DNA from: an uncultured Nitrososphaerales archaeon
GTDB taxonomy: Archaea; Thermoproteota; Nitrososphaeria; Nitrososphaerales; Nitrososphaeraceae
Assembly: GCA_963713605.1 (NCBI GenBank)
Contig: CAVQMO010000005.1
Location: 96,001 to 160,000, forward strand
Length of the DNA stretch: 64,000 nt
Reading direction: 5' to 3'
This document shows, piece after piece, positions 25,159 through 36,283 of this stretch. The notes beneath the pieces were generated by a model, which worked only from the letters and a program-made list of their open reading frames with translations, was not told the origin of the DNA and ran no database searches. Position numbers and translations under genes: made by a program. Numbering within the stretch: position 1 is the stretch's first letter; every line of letters starts with the position of its first letter.

Positions 25159-26085
25159 TTGGAAACGACCAAGGGCGGAATGTATGATATAAGTGATAAG
25201 CCAGATACCCTTAGGACGGCTGTGGCTCAAGCCATTGTTAAAGTATCCCCAACCACAGTAACTCTTGTAAATGAGGGAAAAATCCCGAAAGGGAATATAT
25301 TTGACGCTGCAAAAATTTCAGCTAATATGGCAGCAAAACGGACCTGGGATTTATTACCTTATTGCCATCCAATATCTATTGATCATATTGCCGTGAACTT
25401 TAATATGATAGCCGAAGGGAGGATCAATATTATTGTCACTGTGAAAAATGTAGATAAAACCGGTGTAGAAATGGAGGCGCTCACGGGTGCTTGCATAGCA
25501 GCCCTAACCATCTATGATATGTTAAAACCTGTGGACAATAATTTAGAGATTGAATCTATCAGGCTTTTGGAAAAAACTGGCGGGTTAAATTCATTTATCC
25601 AAACTTACAACAGGACACTTCGAGCTGCTGTATTGGTATTGAGCGACTCAAGGGGTGAAAAAGAGGATAAATCAGGTAAGGTCATCCTCGAAAGACTTGC
25701 CAAATACGGTGTGGAATTAAAGGAGTACAAAATATTAGCTGATGAGCAAAAAGTTATCGAGTTTGAGCTTGTCAGACTGTGCGACAGTTTGGGAGTTGAT
25801 ATCGTGCTCACAAGTGGAGGAACTGGAGCTGGTCCACGAGATGTAACGCCCGAGGCCACTGGTAATGTGATTGAAAGGCCGGTAAGTGGAATAACTGAGG
25901 CATTGAGGGCATATGGTCAAAAGAGGACTCCGTTATCGATGCTGTCAAGAGGTATCGGAGGTGTGAGAGGAAGTACAGTGATAGTCAACCTCCCTGGAAG
26001 TGTAAGGGCTGTAAGAGAATCACTTGATTCATTGTTCCCTGGTATCCTGCACATATTTCAGATGTTGGAAGGCCATAGCCACTGA
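25159..26085 (+). CDS. moaC: bifunctional MoaC-MoaB/MogA fusion
   Basis: MYDISDK, AAKRTWDLLPYCHP, TGVEMEAL, YDMLK, EKTGG followed by LSDS, DKSG, TSGGTGAGPRDVTPEA, NLPGS. Confidence 0.93.
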   Translation: METTKGGMYDISDKPDTLRTAVAQAIVKVSPTTVTLVNEGKIPKGNIFDAAKISANMAAKRTWDLLPYCHPISIDHIAVNFNMIAEGRINIIVTVKNVDKTGVEMEALTGACIAALTIYDMLKPVDNNLEIESIRLLEKTGGLNSFIQTYNRTLRAAVLVLSDSRGEKEDKSGKVILERLAKYGVELKEYKILADEQKVIEFELVRLCDSLGVDIVLTSGGTGAGPRDVTPEATGNVIERPVSGITEALRAYGQKRTPLSMLSRGIGGVRGSTVIVNLPGSVRAVRESLDSLFPGILHIFQMLEGHSH

Positions 26086-26395
26086 TTCCGTTTTGTTTTT
26101 AGGTTAATAGTAACGCACCCAAAGAATAGTATTGGTAATAGTAATGTTGTCGCACCCAAACTAAAATGTTCTACAACCATATTAGAGAGTTACCATTGAA
26201 AAGTTGCAGTCGAATGCAAGACAGAGATTAAGTAATGATGGACGTTACCCTAATAGGTTACTAATATTTAAGATGTAACTGAATAGGAACTAGTAAGAGA
26301 ATCTGCAAACTAAGAAAATTCTAAGCGGTATCTTTCGACGAGTAAGTTGCAATTTTATATTTCGTACCGCATACATTTTAACTGTTCCTAGGATA

Positions 26396-26737
26396 TTACT
26401 CTACAATAAATCTGGGACTCGCAACACTTTGTGTCGTTTGAACAAACAGACTCTCAATTTCAGTCAACCTATCCATACAATCCAAATCATTCCTCAGATC
26501 GAGATATAATGAATCCGTTTTTATGGCTTCTAAAAGATCAAGCACTTGTTCATTAGTTACGCCGTGCTTGATATCATAATTTATTTGCCTACAAACTCTT
26601 GTTATTCCGCCGTACCTCCTATGTTGCCTTTTTTCCCAGGCGGTTGCATTCTCAGGGAGTCCCTTTATGTACTTGATAACGGTCTTCTCCATATGCTGAA
26701 TATGCCATTCTCTCATGGGAAAACTATTTTGGATCAA
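26396..26737 (-). CDS. hypothetical protein
   Basis: 113-aa ORF with TATA-like TTTTATATA ~35 nt upstream; no recognised domain. Confidence 0.65.
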   Translation of the reverse strand: MIQNSFPMREWHIQHMEKTVIKYIKGLPENATAWEKRQHRRYGGITRVCRQINYDIKHGVTNEQVLDLLEAIKTDSLYLDLRNDLDCMDRLTEIESLFVQTTQSVASPRFIVE

Positions 26738-27378
26738 GATTACCCCTCATATCTTTCTATTACTCATAGAGGTATATAAAATGACACTGGATCCGTGGTT
26801 TCCTGACCTTGTGAAGTACTTCATTTTGAGTTCGGTGAGTTGTCCTCTCCCCAAAGGGTGCTCCATCTTTAATCTGAAGTGCTAACTAGCATACTAATAT
26901 CCAATAACTTTAACTCATCCTAAATATGACCATCCATCCAATTTTTACGTAAACTTCATTGATATTGGCTATTTGAATACATTGAAAACTAATTAAAATG
27001 TGTTTCTTGAGGCAACATGTATTAACTAATTATAGTTACCATACTATAGGATCATGTATCGTATTGATGAACAATGCCTCGCATGTCTAAGGTTGCATTT
27101 TTGATCAAACATCTTTAAAGTCTAACTTCTAATGACGAACAACCAATGCCACCAAAAGTGTTACATAACTTAAGAATGGTGCAATGTCCTTATAGTGAAG
27201 TGGGGAATTCATGACTGGCGCTAAGCGAAATAGGAGAGGATTTTGAATATTTGTTGGTCAGTACAAGAGGACGGTTAACTATTTGGTGATCCATTTCAGA
27301 TTTCCGACTGATTAGCAAAGTTTTTTACTCCATAGGTACATATATCCCAGAGCTATAATAGTGTGAGTCGTATCTAGT

Positions 27379-28015
27379 TTGTTTGGGAAGAAAAAAAGCG
27401 GTTCCAGTGCTGGGAGTGCAAAGGTTAAAAATAAGAAGAGAAGCGGGAGTTATTTGGATGCTTCAAAAAAGAAGCGTCAAAAGTATCTAATGATAATAAT
27501 ACCCATTATAGCAGCGGTGGTGGCAATTCTAGCTATTTCAGGTACCAGATATTCGTCAGAGATAAATAAATTCGGCACCGTTGGCTCTGCACATGAGCAT
27601 GCTCGCTTTTATTATTAATGTAAATGGTACGCCTATCGATTTTAGTCAACCCCAATATCAGGTCCAGTCGAGACTAATTCATGTCGAAGGAGGTGACGGA
27701 TTCACTTTACATAGACATACTGATAGGGTACCCTTCGGTGAATTTCTAAGGAGCGAAAATATGAATCTAGAGGACAGTTGCTTCTCTACTCAGCAGGAAC
27801 GTCAACAACAGGGACAACAACCAGAATACTGCACAAATGGGACGGAAGAACTCCGAGCATTTGTTAATGGGAAAGAATTAGAGTCTCCCTCATTATTGGG
27901 TGACTATATTTTAAAGGATGATGACAGAATATTATTGATATACGGTAATCAAACTACTGATCAGCTAAGTCAAGCGCTAAGTGAATTGGAAGAGGTTCCT
28001 ATCCTGAAAAGATAG
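27379..28015 (+). CDS. membrane-anchored hypothetical protein with His motifs (frameshift near 27605)
   Basis: Basic N-terminus, TM helix, GSAHEHA, IHVEGGDG.TLHRH, DRILLIYG. Confidence 0.7.
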
Positions 28016-28073
28016 CTAAAGATTTTTGGGAAAGTACCTGTGTCCCTGACAGCATTCGATTAGACCGTTGGAC

Positions 28074-29556
28074 TCAATGGACTGCACACAGGTCATTCAG
28101 AAAACCGTCAATGTCAAGACGTGAAAAGATTGATAAATCCAATTTCGCACCTGGATTCATTATTTTTCTAAGCTCAATGCCCGCTTCTTTCTCTTTCCAC
28201 CATGTCTCACCGAATTTAGTCATTACATACCTCTCCAGTTCAAAAGCTCTCACAGCGGCAATGAGATAGACTTGGAACATACATTATCGATTCAGGTAAA
28301 ATGTGATGCAAGAGCCAATATTCGCCTGGCATATCAAACCCCAGATATTCCCGTATCAACCTAGAATAAAGATCAGACGCCCCGTCGGCAGTCAGGCTCT
28401 TCTCCCAATATTCGATCTTCATTAAGGTATTCGCAGTGTAGAATGTGATGAAGAAGAGGTCCATGAAATTGTTCTTGGCAATTATTTGGTCGACTAGGAT
28501 GTCACTTTTAACTTTAGAGCGAAGAGAATTGAGGTAACAAGGATTCCTTGATAACCTTTCAAAGAACATAGAAAATATCTCGGCTATACCCATAGATATT
28601 CGATACTTCTCAGAGTAACTACGGCCGTTGTCTATTGAGGTGGCATGGATCGCATGCCCCGTTTCGTGCAAACAGCCTTGAAAATCGAAGTAGGGACTTT
28701 CCTTCTTGTAAAGTACTCGTACGTCAGATGGAATCTCTACAAAGAAGCAAATGGGAGACGGGTATTTGTCTTTTCTGCTTTCGGTATCAAATATAATATT
28801 GGAAAGATCAAAATTCATTGTTTTCAGCATCCTCTTAACCTCATCCACAGGATCCAAGCACGCGAAGGCTTCTTCGATATCTGAATAGATTCGATTTCTA
28901 AAAAAATAGAAATCGTCATAATATTCAGGATGCCTGTTCAACAATTCCTTACTCGTATCCAGTAATGCCTTGCGAAAAGGAATTTTAGCTTTTTCACCTA
29001 ATGATTTTACGAACTCTAGGAGGGAATCACGTTTGAAATTCTCATTGGTCATATAAGCGGAGACCGGAGTTAGGCTGTATCCAAGATTTGACTTGGCTAT
29101 TTTAGAATATTCAGCATATGTTTGATTCATCATTGAGAATCTCGATTCAACTATTGGCGATATCTTGTTTGTTTTGCCAACAAATTCATCGAAAACCTCT
29201 CGTCTCTTTTTATCTTCCTTTTCATGGCTATTAAATTGTCTCCAATTACTCCAATTTACCGGAATCCCATTGAACAGGTGCTTTTTTGAAACAATATCTG
29301 TATTTCTCAGCCGGTGGATTTCGAGTTCTTGGGTTTTTGTTCTAGAGTAGGCGATATCTTCGACAGCGCCAAGAAATAATGCCTCATCTTGGTTCGGAAA
29401 GAGATCAATATACGTCTTCGAATTCTGTCTCTTCATTTCTGCAAGTTGTATTATGAGTCCTTCGTCATAGTCGAGTCCTGCATATTGTTTGTACTCTTCA
29501 TCCGTTTGGCAGACATACAGCATTTCGTCTAACTTACACCATTGTTCGAAGTTCAT
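28074..29556 (-). CDS. HExxH zinc metallopeptidase, M3/M32-like (frameshift near 28260)
   Basis: LHETGHAIH followed by AEIFSMFFE; C-terminal H...YVP.YL.A in the second ORF. Confidence 0.75.
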
Positions 29557-29694
29557 CCTATCTCACAGGAAGATGATCTATTAGAAGATTCTGATAGTCC
29601 CGCAACATTTGAAAGGCTTACACTAGAAAGGAGCGAATAACGATATCTAAAGGATCCAAATGGAATGTTTTACGTGGCCCGCCTATTTATCGTG

Positions 29695-30093
29695 CTATTC
29701 CCTTATGGCCTCAAGAGAAGATACAACATCCCAGATCTTCGTCCGGATATGAGATTGCACATGTCTACTATAAGTGAGCTCTTCCATTATACTTATAGCA
29801 TTAGCAGCACGGACCGACATGCTTCCATTATTTTCATCCTTTAGCATTAAGTTTGCTTCAGTTATCAACCTTTTAATTCTCTTAGGGATCTGAATATCCT
29901 TTTTGATTGTTTCCAATGTCTCAGTAGAATGGGTCAGTCTTTCTTGATTTTCAATAATCTTCTGTTCTCTCAATTCTTGTCTCGATGGCCTTCTCCGTCG
30001 AGTATCATTGGGCTTAGTGGATTTGTCTGGGTTTGAATTGTCAGGGTAGGACATGCCGATATGATGCATTATCGAAGAATTAAAATCTTTCAC
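29695..30093 (-). CDS. UPF0147-family protein with N-terminal extension
   Basis: IPKRIKR...SMSVRAANAISIMEE...RTKIWDVVSSLE resembles archaeal UPF0147. Confidence 0.75.
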   Translation of the reverse strand: MKDFNSSIMHHIGMSYPDNSNPDKSTKPNDTRRRRPSRQELREQKIIENQERLTHSTETLETIKKDIQIPKRIKRLITEANLMLKDENNGSMSVRAANAISIMEELTYSRHVQSHIRTKIWDVVSSLEAIRE

Positions 30094-30458
30094 CTATTTT
30101 TTTGAATCCAATAGTGCCTAGTCATTATCTAATTGTCTTTTGAGATGCTCGCTTCAGTCGTCTCACAGGCAATAGATTCTAGCAGTAGATCTGGCAGTTC
30201 CCGGTTCCGGTACCCGCAGTATAGTAGGGAGTAACATATTTTTGGGAGGTAACAATGATCCTATCGCAAGCCCTCACTTTCAACAAGCCTAATGCTTTTT
30301 CCACTGAATCTTATGTCCTCATGACATTTTTCAGAGCAAAAGTGGTCAACGCGTATATAACAGAACACTGGATAGTCTTGATTTCTACACATGATGCACA
30401 GAAAACTTGCATATCCATGGCCTTAGTGACTTGCATATATTGACCAAATCATATAGGT

Positions 30459-30723
30459 ATGGTAGTAGATCCTTTGAAGAAAGATGAAAGAGTAATTTAT
30501 CTATGACGTTACAGATGTAATACCATCCCCTGAGTATGCTTATCATTTCAAAAACTTTCTTGATCACTTTAAAGGGATAACTCGAGAATCACCAGTAGAA
30601 AAAGATGCTAGAGTTATTGAGGCAATGATTATTCAGTGGATAAAATTTCTATCCGATTCCAGAAAACGAAAGCATGGCACCATTCATAATGAAGTTGCTG
30701 CTGTATTACACTTCCTTGACTAG
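30459..30723 (+). pseudogene. tyrosine-integrase N-terminal (core-binding) stub
   Basis: ...SPEYAYHFKNFLDHF...DARVIEAMIIQWIKFLSDSRKRKHGTIHNEVAAVLHFLD* resembles the integrase core-binding (SAM-like) domain; catalytic domain absent. Confidence 0.55.
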
Positions 30724-30825
30724 CACATTTTAAAGAAATGCTTGAGTATAGGATGAATATGTAGCAATAAATCCTAAGTTCAAACTCATCACTGCACTTA
30801 GGACTGCAGTAATGGAGATGGGACT
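30720..30825 (+). mobile_element. terminase-large-subunit-like 3' fragment, copy A
   Basis: LAHFKEMLEY / VAINPKFKLITALRTAV / NGDGT, homologous to copies B and D. Confidence 0.6.
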
Positions 30826-31027
30826 AACTACTGTTAAGTACAACAAGACTGGATGATGGTACCGTTGTTGAGAGCTACAGAAAGGGAGGTACACACGATT
30901 CAGTGAGATGGCACTTCAATTTTCACAGGAGTCATTACTGCAAATGGAAGTTAGAATTATGAGGCGATGATCATCCAGTGATTAAATATTTATCTAAATC
31001 CAGGAATCTAAAACATCGTACTTCTAC

Positions 31028-31414
31028 CTATTTTGAGATTAAGTGTCTGATTTCTTTAATCAACTCTTCATTTCCAATAGGTTTGCGAATGAACAGGTTT
31101 TTATCTAATGCATTATATTCTTTCTCTCGAAACTCCTTATAATATAATTCACTTGCAGTAAGAAAACAAACATTAGCCTTACTATCTATCTTTTGTATTT
31201 CCTTGTGTAATTCAAAGCCGTCCATATCTGGCATTTTGATATCAAGAACAATCAAGTCGTAATGATCTGGTTTGAAGTTTGAAAGTGCCTTTCTGGGGTC
31301 ATTAAATGCTTCAACTTCGAATCCATGGTATTCTAAAGACATACTAAAAAACAAAGTAAGGTCAGATTCGTCATCTACTACCATGATTCTTTTTCCTTTT
31401 ACTTTTTCATCCAT
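31028..31414 (-). CDS. stand-alone response regulator receiver (REC)
   Basis: IMVVDDE, YDLIVLDIKMPDMDGFEL, CFLTA, FIRKP; likely ATG at 31414, just after the kinase stop. Confidence 0.92.
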   Translation of the reverse strand: MDEKVKGKRIMVVDDESDLTLFFSMSLEYHGFEVEAFNDPRKALSNFKPDHYDLIVLDIKMPDMDGFELHKEIQKIDSKANVCFLTASELYYKEFREKEYNALDKNLFIRKPIGNEELIKEIRHLISK

Positions 31415-31424
31415 TAGCCATGGC

Positions 31425-33596
31425 TCATTCCTTTTTTTCTTCTTCTTCTTCTTCTTCAACTCCATCTCTTATTTCTAAAGGTAGGGTGAACCCAAATATT
31501 GTACCATGTCCCTCCATTACATTATTTTCGGCCCAAATCTTGCCCCCATGGGATTGAATTATATTCTTGGAAATAAAAAGACCTAAGCCTGTTCCCTTTT
31601 GCGATCTCGTAACAAACTTTGAAAATAGTCTTGGTAAGATTTCGGGGTTGATTCCTATACCTGTATCTTTTACAGTAATAATAACCTCTTTACTATTATT
31701 ATCAGCAACTATATTAAGAGAGATATAACCTTCTTTTGTAAATTGGATAGAGTTACTTAAGAGATTAAAAATAACTTGGATTATCCTTTCCTTGTCTGCT
31801 TTTACAACGATGGGATTGTTATTAGGGTTGTCATCATAAATTAATTCAACTTTATTATTGGTAATGTGTTTAATTCTATCTTTGTAGTCCTCAATAATAG
31901 CGGGTATCAAATCACGAATGTCAAATCGCTCCTTCTCTAGTATTAAAGTCTGACCTTCAATCCTTGTTGCATCTAAAATATTGGCAGAAAGTCTTTGCAA
32001 TCTAATAGCGTTTCTGCTTATCACTTCTATTACCTGATCCGTCTTTTCTGGATAGTATTTCAATAGACCACTCATACCAAGGATAGCTTGTATCGGTGTT
32101 TTTAACTCATGAGCTGCAATACTGATAAACTCTTTTTGCATTCTATCTGCTTTCTTTAATTCTTCAACCAGCATGCGTTCATTCCAAAGTAATTCGAAGA
32201 CTGACTCGAAAGAGTCAACGGTCGCTCTTCTATTAGAGTATACCACTAGACCAATTGCATCTGAGAATTTATCAGCGTTTGGTTTCTTGAGCTCTGCTCT
32301 AAGAAACTTTTCACGGTCAATTATGTACATGCCGTAGGGAGAGCTGTTCCCATCTAGTATTTTGATATCTGGTGCGTTCTCCATTATTTTTCTCTGAATT
32401 CCTAAATTATCATCAGACAATGGACAGATAATCTTTACATTCGCTCCATTCTGTGATGCCCTCACAAGATAATCAATCATACCTAGTCTATCGATCCTCA
32501 CCATCGCTTTATCGTTAGGCAGGAAGATTAGGGCTTCTTTGCTTGTAGATTTTGTCATATCAACAAGGATCTGACTTGCTTTTTCGTTGTCAGTGATTAC
32601 CTCATAAAATTCTGCTTCGGTTCCTTCTTCAATCTCTCGTATTCTGTCTACTGCATCAATTCCACTCTCCCATAATCGTTGAAAAACGGAAGAAAAGTGC
32701 TTTATATATTGAGATTCGTTGCTTAATAGAAGGCTTTGAACAACTTTTCCATTCTCCATCTTCTCTATAGTAACGGCTATTTTCTTATCTGAAACACCAA
32801 AGCTCATTGGAGGCAGATTTCTAACATGCTTAATCCTTATACCATGATCTAGATATAGCTTGACCAGCTCTAGATTTTCGTTATCTATATTGGTAATGTA
32901 TCTAAGACCTTTGTGATCTCCTCTCTTTTGTTTATCTAATAACTTTTTCTTAATGTCAAAGAAGTGTTTGTGACTATATTGCATCCCACCTGAGGTTAGA
33001 CAAGTATCAAGTTCATTTGAGCTAGCGGTAAGAGAATAAATCTCTCTTATAATCTCGTCTGAATTATCTATTATAACGGTTTCATAACGTATAATTCCTT
33101 CTTCAATCTCTCGTATTCGATGCTCTGCGGGGATCGTTTTACTCCATAAGGTTTCAAAAACGTACTTTTGATGTTCAATTAATTCCTTGACATTGCTATA
33201 GATGATCTGTGCTGCTGACTCTCCAGCTTCATGGAAGGTAGCAGGAGCAATGTATCCTGTTTCACTGATGTAAAAGTTTCCCTTAATTCCATCTAAATGT
33301 CGAAGCTCGTCAACCATCGTCATGATCTGTTTGCAATAAGAGATGTTATCTTTGGTAATCTCAGTAACATATCTCAGTTTAACACCCCTCTTTTTAGCAG
33401 CAAGAAAAGCTTCCTTTAATAATAAAATGTCGATTGCTAATGAAGGTCGAGTGTAGTCAACACAGGCATCGATTCTACTATCAGATTGGTGAAAGAAGTG
33501 TAATATAGCATTCATTACAACGTCAACTCCATGAAAAACCTCAGTAGCCTCCCTAATTATTTTTCTATCACTTTGATGAGAACCCGACAGTGTCAA
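31425..33596 (-). CDS. cytoplasmic sensor histidine kinase with three repeated N-terminal TrmB/PLD-like domains
   Basis: Repeats of R.ITxI..xN...F..LW...; H-box FISIAAHELKTPIQAI, NLLSNS, DTGIGI, GTGLGLF; no TM segment. Confidence 0.92.
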   Translation of the reverse strand: MTLSGSHQSDRKIIREATEVFHGVDVVMNAILHFFHQSDSRIDACVDYTRPSLAIDILLLKEAFLAAKKRGVKLRYVTEITKDNISYCKQIMTMVDELRHLDGIKGNFYISETGYIAPATFHEAGESAAQIIYSNVKELIEHQKYVFETLWSKTIPAEHRIREIEEGIIRYETVIIDNSDEIIREIYSLTASSNELDTCLTSGGMQYSHKHFFDIKKKLLDKQKRGDHKGLRYITNIDNENLELVKLYLDHGIRIKHVRNLPPMSFGVSDKKIAVTIEKMENGKVVQSLLLSNESQYIKHFSSVFQRLWESGIDAVDRIREIEEGTEAEFYEVITDNEKASQILVDMTKSTSKEALIFLPNDKAMVRIDRLGMIDYLVRASQNGANVKIICPLSDDNLGIQRKIMENAPDIKILDGNSSPYGMYIIDREKFLRAELKKPNADKFSDAIGLVVYSNRRATVDSFESVFELLWNERMLVEELKKADRMQKEFISIAAHELKTPIQAILGMSGLLKYYPEKTDQVIEVISRNAIRLQRLSANILDATRIEGQTLILEKERFDIRDLIPAIIEDYKDRIKHITNNKVELIYDDNPNNNPIVVKADKERIIQVIFNLLSNSIQFTKEGYISLNIVADNNSKEVIITVKDTGIGINPEILPRLFSKFVTRSQKGTGLGLFISKNIIQSHGGKIWAENNVMEGHGTIFGFTLPLEIRDGVEEEEEEEKKE

Positions 33597-33756
33597 CCTA
33601 AGTACTATGTAGAATTGGCTATATAAGGTGCTTTATGTACAAATGTCTCCAATTGTAATATAAAAATATAATATTGCGTAGAAAACAGACCTTTTGTATC
33701 AGAATTTGCTACAAATGGCCATGATATACGGAGAAGTAAATGTTGGCGACGATGAA

Positions 33757-33988
33757 TTGTTCGTAGTTCCTGTACATTTCAGCAGAGCGCAATATTATGT
33801 TAGCACACCGCAAGCAGTTGCTAGAGTATAACAATGGATGCATTGCAATTAATCCGGTCAAAGATGGCAAATTATTCACTGCCCTGCTCACTTCCGTGGA
33901 AAATGGCGAAGGTGCACTAGACAAGGAAGCAACAAGCGATGCAGACGTCCTCGATTCCCTTCGTATGTCGTTGCAGTTCTGGCACTGA
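33757..33988 (+). mobile_element. terminase-large-subunit-like 3' fragment, copy B
   Basis: LFVVPVHFS / MLAHRKQLLEYNNGCIAINP...KLFTALLTSVENGEGALDKEATSDADVLDSLRMSLQFWH*. Confidence 0.65.
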
Positions 33989-34219
33989 ACCTTATGCTAT
34001 GACGCGAAGCAGTAGTAAGGCTGGCAATATTAATATTCTTTAATGTTAATCAATGGCCAATCGACCGACATGATAGGGTTGCTTGATAGGAAACGAATCC
34101 CGGCATCGTAGCAGAGGCAATACATAATATCTTAAAAATATCCGAAATCAACAATGAGGATCCATCGAAGCTTTAGAATGAGGCAACTAGAGCCTGACTC
34201 CAGTTTTATGTTACAGAGG

Positions 34220-34255
34220 CACGTATTCAGGTTGTCCATGCAGTTCTGGCACTAG
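34220..34255 (+). repeat. terminase-like 3' fragment, copy C
   Basis: cac gta ttc agg ttg tcc atg cag ttc tgg cac tag = HVFRLSMQFWH*. Confidence 0.6.
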
Positions 34256-34332
34256 GTTTGTGTCGAGCCCAACTCACAGATAAGAGACGATAGTAGCCAG
34301 AACCGAAAATACTACTTTTGTCCCGAGTCTTG

Positions 34333-34899
34333 TCAATCCTGAGGGAATGCCTCATCAATCAATTTATTCACAGGCTCTCCTGAAGGTAAGGGAGCATTTC
34401 TGTCAAGCTCGTATTTGAATATGTCAGGAAAATTTATGTCCAAAATCACATTTCTACCAACCGCAATTATATGGGACTTTGGTATATCAAATCTCGAATT
34501 CGAATATCCGAACACAACTATCTTGTCATTTGTTTCTTTCATAACATGCCCCACATCGTCTTCATTATTAGCCCTGACTCCTTTATTGAACAATGACATT
34601 GGATACTTTCCTTCATAAGTTCCAAGATCTACCACTTTATCGTCATCTGGCCACGGGTCTTTCCTGCTAGTGGGTAAGGGTTCCTTTCGGCTAACGGTAT
34701 ATTTTTTGATTATATCCGCAAATGGGAGTCCGATAAGAACGTTTCCGCCCACCTGCTGTATTTCTTTGATCGGGATGTCGTATCTTTCTTGTTTTCCACC
34801 AAAAACTACTACTTTATCAGGGGTTTCTCTAACTACATGCCCTATGTGAGGAGCGTCTAATGCCTTCACACCCTTATTGAAATATTTGCCCGATGTCAA
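34333..34899 (-). CDS. protein with two tandem PRC-barrel-like repeats
   Basis: Internal duplication NKGV.A.....GHV..ET.DK.VVFG....R.DIP...I..VG.NV. Confidence 0.75.
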   Translation of the reverse strand: MTSGKYFNKGVKALDAPHIGHVVRETPDKVVVFGGKQERYDIPIKEIQQVGGNVLIGLPFADIIKKYTVSRKEPLPTSRKDPWPDDDKVVDLGTYEGKYPMSLFNKGVRANNEDDVGHVMKETNDKIVVFGYSNSRFDIPKSHIIAVGRNVILDINFPDIFKYELDRNAPLPSGEPVNKLIDEAFPQD

Positions 34900-35027
34900 A
34901 CCTGGTAATATTCATCAACCTCGGGTTTTAAATAGTTGCCTAGGCATTCGAATGTTTCCGAAGATGTATTATCCTAGGTTTAAGAATATTCGATGCTAGA
35001 GGCAAATTCATTGTAACAATTCTTATT

Positions 35028-35564
35028 TTGTTACATTTTGGGTCTTCAAGCAAGAATTGTTTTAAGTATGAACCAACTAATAATACGTTGTACTTGAGCT
35101 TAGAAGGGATAGATTCTTCCACACAAGCTGAAGATAACCGTTTGTTTGATGATGACGCTCGAAGTGTTGGGGTGACCAAACCAGACCATTCACATAAAAT
35201 TCTGGTGGTAGATGATGAGCAAGACATAGTCTTCACGTTGAAGACTATCTTAACTGAGGCTGGGTTTTCTGTAGACGCCTTCACCAATCCTTCGGTTGCA
35301 TTCGAAATGTTTAGACCTGAAAAGTATGAGTTAATCATCTTGGACATCAGAATGCCAGGTCTCAATGGATTTGAATTGTATATGAAATTGTTGGAACAGG
35401 ATACTTCTATCAAAGTATTGTTCCTGACAGCCGTTAACGAATTCTCAATGTATGCTAAATTCAAGAGTAGTGTATCTCCAATGTCAGGCAAAAGATATTA
35501 TTTGCAAAAACCCGTAGACTTTACGAAGCTATTGCAACGCGTTGACGACATGTTAAGTCTTTGA
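35028..35564 (+). CDS. stand-alone response regulator receiver (REC)
   Basis: ILVVDDEQD, YELIILDIRMPGLNGFEL, LFLTA, YLQKPV; start uncertain. Confidence 0.9.
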   Translation: MLHFGSSSKNCFKYEPTNNTLYLSLEGIDSSTQAEDNRLFDDDARSVGVTKPDHSHKILVVDDEQDIVFTLKTILTEAGFSVDAFTNPSVAFEMFRPEKYELIILDIRMPGLNGFELYMKLLEQDTSIKVLFLTAVNEFSMYAKFKSSVSPMSGKRYYLQKPVDFTKLLQRVDDMLSL

Positions 35565-35713
35565 CGAATTACATTTTGCGTTGCCTGGTAGGTTTTAGTT
35601 GAAAATAATCTATTTCATGGGCGTCTATCTGCGCAAAGTCAAGAGACAGGGTGTTGGTATTGGTATTGGTATTGGTGGAAAGGTTCATCTACGACTGTGT
35701 ATATCACTAAACC

Positions 35714-36079
35714 ATGAGAGTGACTGCCACGGTCCAGCGGCAAGAAATTGATAAAGCCGACAACCACTCGGTAACTGAAAATTACCTAACGCTAAAGGAT
35801 ATTTCACCAAAATGGTTCGAGAGGCTATTCGGTAAAGAAATGAGCCTTCCCTTCCCTTTATCTCCAGTTTGGTTTAAATGGTATTTTGATTTGGATTCAC
35901 CTACTAAATGTATAGTAGGAGAAGCACATGGTTATTCCTCTTCGTACGAACAGACGTGTAAAGAATGCGATCGATTGGGGTGGAGTTTTGGTAAATCCTT
36001 TTTTCTCCGATCACGCGCAAGACTAGAGGACGACGTCAGCGAATTCATCCATCATTGGAACACAAAGCATTTAAGATGA
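35714..36079 (+). CDS. hypothetical protein
   Basis: 121-aa ORF with CIVGEAHG...C..C...HWN..H potential metal ligands. Confidence 0.7.
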   Translation: MRVTATVQRQEIDKADNHSVTENYLTLKDISPKWFERLFGKEMSLPFPLSPVWFKWYFDLDSPTKCIVGEAHGYSSSYEQTCKECDRLGWSFGKSFFLRSRARLEDDVSEFIHHWNTKHLR

Positions 36080-36283
36080 TTTCCTTCCGTATGAACTTGG
36101 GGAACTATCTATTCTAGAATTTCTCAGTATTGCCGTTAAACGGGTTTTATTTTAATGGAATGGACATGGCGAGATATTCAGGGAGAGGTCGTTATCAACC
36201 AGTAACATGTCAGCTAAAGTTACTGGCATTGTATTTCATATATGGAGGGGGTCTCTAATATATGCAAATGATTAGCACAGTTG

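Noticed and set aside
31415..31465. Poly-Lys N-terminus on the response regulator
   Set aside because: It is the alternative frame of the kinase's poly-Glu C-terminus; the real start is probably the ATG at 31414.
35654..35676. (TTGGTA)n short tandem repeat
   Set aside because: A simple ~4-unit microsatellite with no other support for function.
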